Both the position numbers and the translations under genes were made by a program. DNA of 64,000 bases from a virus. Location: the IMG/VR virus record IMGVR_UViG_3300022602_000028; one strand, given 5' to 3'. Shown piece by piece: positions 18,543 through 30,300 of the stretch; within the stretch, counting starts at the first letter, position 1, and each line of letters begins with the position of its first letter. The notes under the pieces were generated by a model, which saw only the letters and a list, made by a program, of their open reading frames with translations, searched no databases and was not told where the DNA came from.

Positions 18543-18920
18543 ATGAGCAATAGTAATAATTATTATTTTGGAAGAGATCAACAAGAATTGATCGGAGGTC
18601 AGCCACGATACTTCATGGGACTACGTAGAAATAGCGATGGCGAAATAACCTTAGCCATTGTTGATCAATTAAGTAGAACTGATAGTATTCAAATTAACAA
18701 TCCTGGAGATCCTAGCGGTAATTATACTGCATTTGAACCAGGTACAGATTTTTATGACAACAGAGATATCAATCACGCTTTGGTATATGCCAATTTAAAT
18801 TACGAACAATACCGCTGGGATGATCGTAGAATTTATTATTATGTTGATAGCACGGGTGAACTAGTAGCCAGAATTAATACAAAATATGCTTACCCATCAG
18901 GGATAAGTTCAAACAATTAA
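18543..18920 (+). CDS. hypothetical structural-module protein (125 aa)
   Basis: intact ORF with AGGA RBS inside the operon. Confidence 0.55.
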   Translation: MSNSNNYYFGRDQQELIGGQPRYFMGLRRNSDGEITLAIVDQLSRTDSIQINNPGDPSGNYTAFEPGTDFYDNRDINHALVYANLNYEQYRWDDRRIYYYVDSTGELVARINTKYAYPSGISSNN

Positions 18921-18929
18921 GAGTAGATT

Positions 18930-21900
18930 ATGCCAGATTTTAAAATAGCCAGTATACGATACACATGGAAAGGAACTTGGACTAGTTCCAATGGTTACCT
19001 TGCTGACGATGTAATATTTTACGGCGGTAAGGCTTACGTTTGTTTGTTAGCTCACACAAGTAGCAGTAGTTTTGCCACAGACTTAGCATTATCTACACTA
19101 TGGGTACAGATGTTTGATGGGTATACATGGCGCGGTGCATGGACACCGAGTGCAACTAATACATTATCAGTAATTTCATCATCTGGCAACGGAACAACTG
19201 CTACATTAGTGTTTGCAACTCAATCATCTAATCCATTTACTGTTGGACAATCTATTACTGTTGGCGGTAATAGTGTGTCTGGATATAATGTAACCGCTAC
19301 AGTTACAGCAGTTACAACTAGTTCAGTTAGCTATCTAAATACTACTACAACGGCAGGAACCGGTGGTACTATTACGTCTGCTGGTGCAGTTAATTTATAT
19401 AATCCCGGAGATACAGTTAGTTATGGAGGATTAGTTTATAGATGTATTACTAGCCACACTGCCGCAATTTCAACTGCACTTGGACTTGAAGCTAATCAAA
19501 GTGCTTGGACTATTGTAAGTCAAGCCGATGCTTGGAAAACAAATTGGGCAATTAGTACACAATATAAAGTTAACGATGTAGTCGTATATGGTGGAACAAT
19601 TTATCGTTGTATTACTGCTCACACTAGTTCATCTTTTGTTACTACTGGATTAGAAGCTAATCAAAGTGCTTGGCAAATTGTATATCAACAATTATCTTAT
19701 AAGAGTGGTTGGGCAACTGCTACAAATTATCACGTATTAGACGTAGTTCAGTTTGACGGAACTTTATATATTTGTAATGTAGCTCACCAATCTACTGTAT
19801 TTTTAACAGATTCTCCAGTATATTGGAGTATATATTTAGACGCTTTAGAATTCCCGGGACTTAATTCGCCTATATATAGTTCAAGTCAGCAATATTATAA
19901 AGGTGATATCGTTAACTATGGTGGCTATAGCTATAGAGCACTCAGCAATAATCTTAATCAGATTCCGGACATTAACACAAGTTATTGGCAAATCGTAACA
20001 GAAAATTATTACTATAGACAAACATGGTCTTCTGCAGTTTCATATACTATTGGATCTGTAATTAGAAATGATGGTTATCTATATGTTTGTATATTAGACA
20101 ACTATCAACAACAACCTCCTAATGCAACTTATTGGACATTGTTAGTACCAGGTCGCTTCTGGGCAGGTTTTTGGTCAACACCTACTCCTTATGTATTAGG
20201 AGATATAGTTTCATATGCAGGCTTGTCATACGAGTGTATACTTGCTCATACTTCTTCATCAGGTACATTGCCTGCTACCGATGTTGCCGCTGGCTCATCT
20301 AGTGTTGGTACATATTGGAAAGTTTATAGTCTTGGAGATGCCAATAATGTATTGACAACTCAAGGTGATACGCTTTGGTGGAACACTGGCGCAAAATCAA
20401 GATTACCTATTGGAAATCCTGGACAAATTTTAAAAGCAAGTTCTGGTACTTCATTAAATTGGGCAACATTTGGAGTTATTAGTAAAGTTTATTATGTTTC
20501 ATCAACGGCAGGAACAGATACTCCGTTGTACGGAACTAGTTTGAATAGCCCATGGGCTACTATTGCCTACGCTTGCGCTCAATTGATTGCAAACGGTATT
20601 ACAGGCGCAACAATTTTTATCAAAACTGGTACATATACTGAAGTATGTCCGATCAGTGTTCCAGCTAATTGTAGTTTAGTAGGTGACGAGTTGCGTACAA
20701 CTATTGTTCAACCAACTGCGGCTACTAGTGGTAACAACATGTTTTATGTTCGCAACGGCACAATTATTAGAAATATGACTCTTCAAGGGTTAACTGGATC
20801 ATTAGGCCTTGCAAATTCTTATGGCACAAAACGTCCAACTGGCGGAGCGTTTGTAAGTTTAGATCCAGGTTCTGGCACAAGTGATAGTTCAGTTTGGATT
20901 ACTTCAAAGAGTCCGTATGTACAAAACGTAACAACGTTTGGTACAGGATGTGTAGGATTAAAAGTAGATGGAACATTACATGCCGGCGGTTACAGAAGTA
21001 TTGTATGTAACGATTTTACACAAATCTTAAGTGATGGTATTGGTGTATGGATTAATAGTTTAGGTCGTTCAGAAGCTGTATCAGTGTTTACCTATTATAA
21101 TTACATAGGTTATCTATGTGAAAATGGCGGAAAATTACGTGCAACCAACGGCAATAATAGTTATGGTGTATATGGATCTGTAGCAGAAGGAGTATACTCT
21201 GCAGAAACTCCAATTACTGCTTACGTTAATAACAGAGCTACACAAGCAAGTGTTGGTTATGTTATGACTAATACTGTAAAATTATTAGCATTTGAATATG
21301 CCAATGCTGGATTAAATTATACCAGTCCGTCATATACTATCACTGGTAGCGGTTCAGGAGTTATATTTGAAACGTATGATATTCGCAATGCTGGCATTTA
21401 TGAAATTAGAGTTACTGATCCTACTAACACTGGGTTTCCTGGTGGTACAAGTTATCTTAGCGTAACTGGATTGGCACAAAATGGTACTAGTAACGGAACT
21501 ATCACACTATCAGCTAGTGATACAAACAGCGCATTAGTTTATGCAGGTATGCGAATTGTAGTTCTTTCAGGAACTGGTGCAGGACAGTCGGGTTATATTC
21601 AAGCGTACAACAGTACAAGTAAAGTAGCTACAATTTATTCTGAAGCAACTGGCGCACAAGGATGGGATCTTGCCTATCCAGGAACCCAGCCAACAGTTTG
21701 CGACAACTCTAGTTCGTATATTATTGAACCAAGAGTTGCGATTGCAGGTCCAGGTTTTAGTACAGTAGGTGGAAGTTTAACAGCTTCAGGATATTGGGCT
21801 AGTAGCGCATACGGTAATGGATATTTTGTAACAATTGACGGACAAAGTCAACTAGTTAACTATTCTACAAATGGCCTTAATTGGAATTTAGGTTCTGGTT

Positions 21901-24296
21901 TACCAAACTTAGGCGCAACAACTAGTATGGTTTACAGTAATGGTTTATTCATTGCTACTAATACACTTACTACAACTATTGCATATAGTTCTAACGGTAC
22001 TAGTTTTACTTCAGGTGCATTACCTGTAACAACATTTGGTAATTCACCAATTATTTCTGCTCCAAGCAGTTATTATGGAAACTATGCCGCTATTGTAATG
22101 AACACCGGTTCAAGAACTAATTTGTTAACTTATAGTAATACGTTAACAAATGCCGCTTGGACTACAAGTTTATCTTATATTGTTCCAGCATCTGTTGCGA
22201 CACAAGCACCAGATGGAACATATACTGCTTATAAATTTATTGACAATACTAGCAATGCAGAACACGTAATTTATTATACTAGAACAAATGCTAGTCCAGA
22301 AACAGTTACATTTTCTATCTATGCTAAAGCCGCAGAACGTAGCCAAATTCTAGTTGGATTTACTAATGGAACGCCAAGTACAACATTCACTGGTGCAATT
22401 ATAAATTTAGCAACAGGTGGAGTTATTACTGCTCCGACAAGTACAGGAGATTATTCAGGAACGTCGGTAAACGTAACTGGTGCAGGGAATGGTTGGTATA
22501 GAATTGCTGTAACAGCTACCCATGCAGTAGGAACAAATACTAACAACTATCCATTTATCGATGTTATTAATAATTCTAGCGCACAGCAATATATTGGCGA
22601 TGGATTGAGCGGGTTGTACTTATGGGGCGCACAATTAGAAGTTGGTACTCGTGCTAGCGCATACGTTCCGACTACTACAACCACTGCTAACGGTACATTT
22701 GAATTATTTAAAACTAACAATGCTACTACTTGGATTCCATTTGGATCTCCTACTATCGGCGGAGGCCCATTAGTCTACGGTAACGGAACTTATGTAAGTT
22801 TTGCTAGTACAGCTAGCAATCAATGCCAATATGCTATCAACGGTATTACATGGGCAACAGCAACTTTACCATTTACTCAAACATGGACATTAGCTAGTTT
22901 TGGTAACGGAGTGTTCATTGCAGTTTCAATTGGATCATCTAACGGTGCTTATAGTATAGACGGTATTAACTGGTATGCAATGACTTTACCAGCCGCAAGT
23001 CAGTGGCTCAGCGTAACTTTTGGTCAAGGCTTATTCATGTTAATAGCTAGTGGATCAACTAGCAATGCACAAAGTCAAGATGGTATCAACTGGACTGCAA
23101 ATTTAGTAGGAACAAGTCCTGCATGGAGTACAGTATCAGTTAGCAATCCTACATCAGGGCCTGCTGTGTTTGTAGCAATTACCTCAGGTAGTAACATCTC
23201 AAGTGTGATGACAACTGGAGCAACTGCTCGAGCAAGAGCAATTATATCGTCAGGATCGATTAAATCTTTTAGAATTCAGAATCCAGGATCTGGCTATGTA
23301 ATTGGACCAACACTGACTATTACCGATCCAAATGCAAGTACAGCCGCATCTTATACAATTCGTTACGGTGATAGAGTATTAGGTCAACCAACATTTATAT
23401 CTAGGGGTACTGCATACCTAACTGCTGGTGCTGTTATTACAGATAGTGCTAGTACAGGTTATGCAGATTCTTATCAAACTGGAAGCTATCTAAACATATA
23501 TGGAATGACTAGTACACCTACTCCAGGATCAAACGTAGTTATTAGCGGTAATCCTACAGTTTATAAGCTGGTAGCTATTACTAATGTATCTGGATCATTA
23601 GGTAATCAATCTGCTACATTGCAATTTGACCAATCTATATCTGTTTATAAATCGCAAGCTAATGCAACTGCATTGTCTATTCGAATTTTATACAGTCAAA
23701 TTCGTTTAACAGGACATGATTTTTTAAGTATTAATAGCGGTAACTATGTTAATACAAATTATCCAATCAATGCGTTCTTTACACCTAGCTTGGCAACTTT
23801 TCAAACAATAGAAGCTGGTGGCGGCCACGTATTTTATACTGCAACTGACCAAGACGGTAATTTTACAGTAGGTAATATTTTTGGTGTTGCTCAAGCAACT
23901 GGTACAGTTACACTAAGTGCTAGTTTGTTTAATCTTTCAGGATTAACACAAATTAGTTTAGGTGCGTTAGTTGTTGGTAGTTCAAGTGCAATTATTAATA
24001 CTATTAGTACAGACGGTACTATGAGTGCAAACAGTGATAATACTATTAGTACTCAACGAGCAATTAAAACATATATTGCTAGCAGATTAGGTCAAGGTGG
24101 CGGAACAAGTCAGGTAAACAGTGCCACTATGGGGCAAGTGCAAGTGGTGAATGATAATAGCGGTATAGGTAGTATCTTAACTACAACAGGTAATCAAATT
24201 AATATGGCTAACAAAGTTATGTTCCAAGGCCCAGCGGCTGGTGTTGATGGGTCGCTATTAGCAATGGCATATTTAATGCAAAGTTTCCATAATTAA
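18930..24296 (+). CDS. large tail fibre/spike-like protein with 7 CBM5/12-like repeats and a pectin-lyase-like region (1788 aa)
   Basis: W.....Y..GD.V.YGG..Y.C...HTS repeats; IFIKTGTYTE..PISVP.NCSLVGDELRTT; paralog of 24335. Confidence 0.65.
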   Translation: MPDFKIASIRYTWKGTWTSSNGYLADDVIFYGGKAYVCLLAHTSSSSFATDLALSTLWVQMFDGYTWRGAWTPSATNTLSVISSSGNGTTATLVFATQSSNPFTVGQSITVGGNSVSGYNVTATVTAVTTSSVSYLNTTTTAGTGGTITSAGAVNLYNPGDTVSYGGLVYRCITSHTAAISTALGLEANQSAWTIVSQADAWKTNWAISTQYKVNDVVVYGGTIYRCITAHTSSSFVTTGLEANQSAWQIVYQQLSYKSGWATATNYHVLDVVQFDGTLYICNVAHQSTVFLTDSPVYWSIYLDALEFPGLNSPIYSSSQQYYKGDIVNYGGYSYRALSNNLNQIPDINTSYWQIVTENYYYRQTWSSAVSYTIGSVIRNDGYLYVCILDNYQQQPPNATYWTLLVPGRFWAGFWSTPTPYVLGDIVSYAGLSYECILAHTSSSGTLPATDVAAGSSSVGTYWKVYSLGDANNVLTTQGDTLWWNTGAKSRLPIGNPGQILKASSGTSLNWATFGVISKVYYVSSTAGTDTPLYGTSLNSPWATIAYACAQLIANGITGATIFIKTGTYTEVCPISVPANCSLVGDELRTTIVQPTAATSGNNMFYVRNGTIIRNMTLQGLTGSLGLANSYGTKRPTGGAFVSLDPGSGTSDSSVWITSKSPYVQNVTTFGTGCVGLKVDGTLHAGGYRSIVCNDFTQILSDGIGVWINSLGRSEAVSVFTYYNYIGYLCENGGKLRATNGNNSYGVYGSVAEGVYSAETPITAYVNNRATQASVGYVMTNTVKLLAFEYANAGLNYTSPSYTITGSGSGVIFETYDIRNAGIYEIRVTDPTNTGFPGGTSYLSVTGLAQNGTSNGTITLSASDTNSALVYAGMRIVVLSGTGAGQSGYIQAYNSTSKVATIYSEATGAQGWDLAYPGTQPTVCDNSSSYIIEPRVAIAGPGFSTVGGSLTASGYWASSAYGNGYFVTIDGQSQLVNYSTNGLNWNLGSGLPNLGATTSMVYSNGLFIATNTLTTTIAYSSNGTSFTSGALPVTTFGNSPIISAPSSYYGNYAAIVMNTGSRTNLLTYSNTLTNAAWTTSLSYIVPASVATQAPDGTYTAYKFIDNTSNAEHVIYYTRTNASPETVTFSIYAKAAERSQILVGFTNGTPSTTFTGAIINLATGGVITAPTSTGDYSGTSVNVTGAGNGWYRIAVTATHAVGTNTNNYPFIDVINNSSAQQYIGDGLSGLYLWGAQLEVGTRASAYVPTTTTTANGTFELFKTNNATTWIPFGSPTIGGGPLVYGNGTYVSFASTASNQCQYAINGITWATATLPFTQTWTLASFGNGVFIAVSIGSSNGAYSIDGINWYAMTLPAASQWLSVTFGQGLFMLIASGSTSNAQSQDGINWTANLVGTSPAWSTVSVSNPTSGPAVFVAITSGSNISSVMTTGATARARAIISSGSIKSFRIQNPGSGYVIGPTLTITDPNASTAASYTIRYGDRVLGQPTFISRGTAYLTAGAVITDSASTGYADSYQTGSYLNIYGMTSTPTPGSNVVISGNPTVYKLVAITNVSGSLGNQSATLQFDQSISVYKSQANATALSIRILYSQIRLTGHDFLSINSGNYVNTNYPINAFFTPSLATFQTIEAGGGHVFYTATDQDGNFTVGNIFGVAQATGTVTLSASLFNLSGLTQISLGALVVGSSSAIINTISTDGTMSANSDNTISTQRAIKTYIASRLGQGGGTSQVNSATMGQVQVVNDNSGIGSILTTTGNQINMANKVMFQGPAAGVDGSLLAMAYLMQSFHN

Positions 24297-24303
24297 AAAT
24301 AAC

Positions 24304-24310
24304 ATAAATA
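24304..24310 (+). promoter_or_regulatory. late promoter ATAAATA
   Basis: acATAAATAt upstream of GGAG RBS and ATG 24335. Confidence 0.6.
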
Positions 24311-24334
24311 TAATAGACAAGTACGGAGTATACA

Positions 24335-27300
24335 ATGGCAGAATTTAAATTAGGTAGAATTAGATTTGTTTGGAAAAACACATGGGCTGGTTCTACTACC
24401 TACTACAAAGATGACGTAGTTAGATACGGCGGTAAAACATACCTTTGCTTAACAGGGCACACTAGTAGTAGTGTATCAAACGGTTTTTATACGGATTTGT
24501 CATCAAATTACTGGCAATTATCTGCTGATGGCCAATCGTGGACCGGTACTTGGGTAGCTAGTACAGTTTACAAAATTGGTGATTTAGTAAAATACGGTGG
24601 AACTGTTTACATTTGTAATACAGGTCACGTTGCAAGTACTACACTCGAAACGAATCAAAGTTATTGGGATCAATGGGCAACCAGTTTGAATTTTATTGGT
24701 CCTTGGATTGCCGGTACAACATACAAAGTAGCTGACATTGTTACATACGGTGCAACGGTGTATCGTTGTAACACTGGACATACTGCGGCTGCAACTCCTG
24801 CTCTTGGATTAGAAGCAAATCAATCATCATGGGATGTATTAAACCAGGCGTTTGCTTATGTAGGTGCATGGAGTGCACCTACTACTGTAACCGGTACTAT
24901 TAGCGGAACAACATTAACAACTACAGGCGGATCTCCAGCTATTGGACAAGTGTTATCCGGTGGTAGTATTGCCGCAGGAACAGTAATTCTCAGCGGTAGC
25001 GGAACAACTTGGACATTAAGTATTTCTAATGGATCATTGTCTAGCGCAACTTATACAGCAAGCCCACGTTACAGAATAAATGACGTGGTAAAATATGGCG
25101 CAGGTCTTTGGATTTGTACAACATATCATAGCAGTACCAACGCTGGATTTGCCACAACTAATTTTGCAAGACTAGTAGACGGTTTAGAATTTAGTAATTC
25201 TTGGTCAGTGTCTTCAGCCTATGCGGTCGGCGATACCGTTACATACGGCGGTTATACTTATGTTGCAAAAACTAACGTAACAAATACAAGTCTTTCATTA
25301 GCTTCTTCAGTAGGAAATGGAACAAGTGTAACTTACAATTTTGCTAGTCAAACAATTCAACCATTTGTAGCACCACAGAGTGTAACCATAACAGGTGCAA
25401 CTGGTACGTTGGCATCAAATACATCAACTGGTGTTGGAGCTACAGCAGTGTTTACTGCAAGTGTAACTAGCTCAACTACATTAAGTGTATCTAGTGTTAC
25501 TAGTGGAACTATCACAGTTGGATCTGTAATTTCCGGAACTGGTGTTACTGTAGGAACAACTATTCTTGCATTATTATCAGGTAATGGTAGTTCAGGTGCA
25601 AGCACATGGCAGTTAAGTACTAGTCAGAATTTTACATCAACTACAGTTTCAGCATCTGCTAATACTGGCGTAGCTACTTTAGTGTTCAACACAGCCCAAT
25701 CGGTTGCTCCATTCCAAATTGGACAAATTATAACTGTATCAGGGTTTACAGGTGGAGCAACAGGATATAATGGTACTCAAACTGTAGTATCTTGTACACA
25801 AACATATCTTACATTTGCTAGTTCTACTACTCCGTATGCAACTGGTGGTACAATTACAATTACTGGATATAATGGTTCTTATGTAGTACAAAGTGCAACC
25901 AGTTCAAGTGTAACAGTTTTAAATACTAATATTATTCCAATGACTGGTGGTACTATTACCAACAGTCCTCCTACAACAAACACAGGATCATGGGGTTTAT
26001 TAAGTACTGGATTTAGTTATCAAAGTACATGGACTACATCAACTGCATATAAAATTGGTGCTGTAGTATCATTTGGTGCGTATACATATTTGGTCACTGC
26101 TGATCATACTAGTAGCGCAACTATCATTCCTCCTAATGCAAGTTATTATGCATTATTGAATCCAGGAATGCGTTGGACTACTTACGCTACAGGTGCAAGC
26201 TATGTAAGCCCAACAAATACAACTACAAGTGGTACAGGTTCAGGCGCAACATTTACAGTTGGTGTTAACGGTACAACTTATACAGTTACTAAAACTGGTA
26301 ATGGTTCTGGATATTCAACTAATGCAGTAATTAAAATTGCTGGTACACAAGTAGGCGGTTTAACTCCTGCTAACGATATTCTTATTACAGTACAACAAAG
26401 CGGTGGCGCAATCACAACATTTACCTTTACTGGTTTAGCAGTAACTTGGTATTCAGGCAGTTCATATGTACTTGGCGATCAAGTTACAATGGGTTATAAC
26501 AGTTATATTTGCGTATTAGCTCATACTGCCGCAACAGGAAATCGTCCAGATAATGATACAACAGGTACATATTGGAACCAAGTAGCAAGTGGTGCTGAGA
26601 CTAACGTATTAACAACACAAGGTGATATAGTTTATTTTGGTGGAGCAGGTGCTACACGTTTACCTATTGGTACTGATGGTCAAGTATTGAAAGTCGTTGG
26701 TACTACTCCAACATGGGCAACATTTGGACAAATTAATAACGTTTATTATGTTGCACCAAGTGGCACAGACAACTATACTAATGGATATGGTGTTACATTA
26801 GATAAACCATTTGCCACAATTAAATATGCCGCAAGTATTGTTGCCGCAGGTGTTAACAATCCTAATGCAGTTGCTTTATTAAAAGCAAATAAAACTTGGA
26901 TGCAAAACGAAATGTGGTACTGGAGCACTTATGAGAAATCAGTTAGTGCAAGTCCGTTTAGTCCAAGTTCAGTCTACGACCAAACTAAATCATATCGCGA
27001 TTCAGGATTTATTATTGATGGTGTAATTTATGACTTATCACGTGGTGGTAATAGTCAGACAATTTTCAATGCGTATGCATTTTTCCAACCAGGAACTAAT
27101 ACATTCTACGATACAACTGTGGCAGCTGAAATGCCATATTTCATTGCCATGTTGACTGAGTTGGCCAGTTTAATGCAAAATGCGTTAACACAAACTGCGC
27201 CAGGAACAAGTTATCAAACTGTAATGACAGCACCTAATCCAGTTAGTCAAGTAACTGCTGGCTCAGCGGCTGAATCCGGAGCAACTACAGCAACAACAAC

Positions 27301-30300
27301 TTTAATGAACTATATCATTACTGCGTTGACTACTGTAAGTACTGCGGCACTACCTTCACGTAGTAGCGGTCAAAGTGCAACAATTTTTGTTAAGACAGGA
27401 ACTTACAACGAAATTCTTCCTATTAGTATTCCAGAAAATTGTAGTTTAGTAGGTGACGAGTTGCGTACAACTATTGTTCAACCAGCAAGTACTACAGCAA
27501 CTGTAACTGGATTTATCAGCAATGGTACAAATAGTTCGACCGCAGGTACAACATTATCAGTAACCGCTGTTACTAGTGGTAGCGTAACAAACGGTATGTG
27601 GTTACAATCCGCTGGTGTAATTGCATTACCAACTCAAATTACCAGCATCAATGCTGGTACACTTAATAGTCCATCGATTGCGGCAACAACGGTTGCAAGC
27701 ACAGCATCGGTTGGAAGTGTAACCGGATCAGGACCTTGGACAGCAACATTAACAGGACTATCAAATGCTAATTTGTTTACGGTTGGCGCAACAATTTCTG
27801 CAACAGCTGGTTCAAGTACTTCCCTTTCGGGTATGGCAAGCAGTGGCGGCGGCGTATTTACAATTACTACTCCATCAATTACTATAGCAGTTGGCATGAC
27901 TGTAACTCTTACTAGTGCTAATACTGGTACTGCTTCTAATGTTACTGCTGGTTCATATACGATTACAGCAATAGCTAGTCAAACACAATTTACTATTGCC
28001 GCATTAGCAACAGCTACTTCAGGTACTATTGCTACACAAACTTGGGCAATTTCCGCTGGATCATTATATAGCGGTAGTCCAACTAGTGCTGTAGTAACAA
28101 GTATTCCAAGTGCAACTAGCATTACATATACTGTTACAGGCGGTAATTTACCAGTAGCAGGCCCAATTACAGCAGTAACACAAACACAATTAACAGCAGG
28201 AGCAAGCAGTACTGGTTTAACAGTTGGCGGCGTACTAAGCGGCGGCTCAGTAACTACTGGCACATATATTGTAGGACAAATTTACGGAGCATCTGGAACC
28301 GCAGTTGTTAATTCAGTAAGTAGTGGTACAAGTGGAACAAACACAATTACTGTAACTTCAAATGCAAACATTGCTATTGGACAATTTGTTTCAGGTAACG
28401 GAGCTTCAATCGCTGGACTTCCAGCTAACACATACGTAACTGGGTTTACTGGTACAAGTGTAACTTTAAGCAATAATTTAACAGCAAGCATTAGTTCAAC
28501 TGCTATATATTTCTTTACAGCAGGTGGTGCAGGATTGTATGGTATCAACCAACTAGCTACAGGTACTCCTACCGCGGCTACAAGTTATACTGTAACACTG
28601 AGCCAATCAACTGCAAGTGCTACAATAACATTAAACTATACTAGTGGTAATATGTTCTATATGCGTAACGGTGCAACATTACGTAATATGACCTTGCAAG
28701 GATTGTCAGGTACATTAGGAACAGCTAACGGTTATGGAACACAACGTCCAAGCGCAGGTGCTTATGTAAGTTTAGACCCAGGAACTGGACCTAACGATAC
28801 ATCAGTTTGGATTTTCAATCGTTCACCGTATGTACAAAACGTAACAACATTTGGTACAGGTTGTATTGGACAAAAAGTTGATGGTGCATTACACAACGGT
28901 GGTAACCAATCAATTACATCAAACGATTTCACACAAGTTTTAAGTGATGGTATCGGCGCATGGGTTACTAACTTAGGTCGCGCAGAACTTGTTTCAGTGT
29001 TTACATATTATAATAATATTGGTTATCTAAGTGAGAACGGTGGAAAGATTCGTGCTACTAACGGTAATAACAGTTATGGATTATACGGTAGTGTAGCAGA
29101 AGGCGTTAACGCTTTTGAAACACCAATCACAGGAACTGTAAATAACCGTGCTGGTCAAGCAAGCATTGGTGTTGTTTTAGCTAATAATAGCAACAGCATT
29201 TATCGTGTAGAATATACTAATGCTGGTAACAACTATAGTCCTGCTTATGGGATTGCCGCTCAAGCAACAACTTATACATTCAATGGTGGTAATAATAACG
29301 CTGTAGCAATTAGTGATGAAACACGAGATAATGCAGTTTTTGAAACTAGAGTGTTGTCTAGCGGTGCAGGTTACATTTATGTAACAAGTACACCACAAGC
29401 TGGAGATATTGCTACAATTACATTAGCGGCTACTGATAATGCTATTAGTGCATCTTACCTAGGCTTAAGAGTAATAATTAATAACGGTACTGGATCTGGA
29501 CAATATGGTTACATTGCTAACTATAATGCTAGCACTAAGATTGCATTGGTAGCTAAAGAATCATTCACTCCAATAGTAGTGACTAACACTACTGCGGTTA
29601 CTAACGTATTAACTGTTGCAAGTACAATCACATTATATTCTGGTATGCCAGTTGTGTTTACTGGTACTGCTTATACAGGTAGCTTATTATCAACATTAAC
29701 AACATATTATATTGTTAATGGTAGTATTACAAGTACTACGTTCCAATTAGCTACTAGTGCCGCATTGGCTGCCGGTGGTTCAGCAAACGCAATTACTTTA
29801 GGAACTACAAGTGGTTCGGCATTTATTCTAAATGCCGCTGGTTGGGACCATGTAATTCCAGGAACTGCCGCAGTGGCATCAATGGATACCACAACCACTT
29901 ATCAAATTGAATCTAGAATTACTTATTCTAGTCCATCATTTACATATAATCCAGGATCAATTACCAGCGCCGCATGGACTGCTAGTACATACGCCAATGG
30001 ATATTATGTTGCTGTAGCTGGAACTGCTAGCGGTACAAACACAGCAGGTTATAGTACCAATGGTACAAGCTGGACAGTTGGCTCAACATTACCAGCTATT
30101 ACTAACTGGAGTTCAGTGGCAGCAGGTACAATTGCCGGCGCTTGGTATTATGTTGCTGTAGCTAACGGTAGTGCAAGCAGTGCTTATAGTACTAACGGTA
30201 CAAGTTGGACAAGTATGACTGGTTTACCAGTTGGTAACTGGAATCAAGTTGCGTATGGTAACGGTTATTTTATGACTGTTAACAACGGTAATAACGGTTG

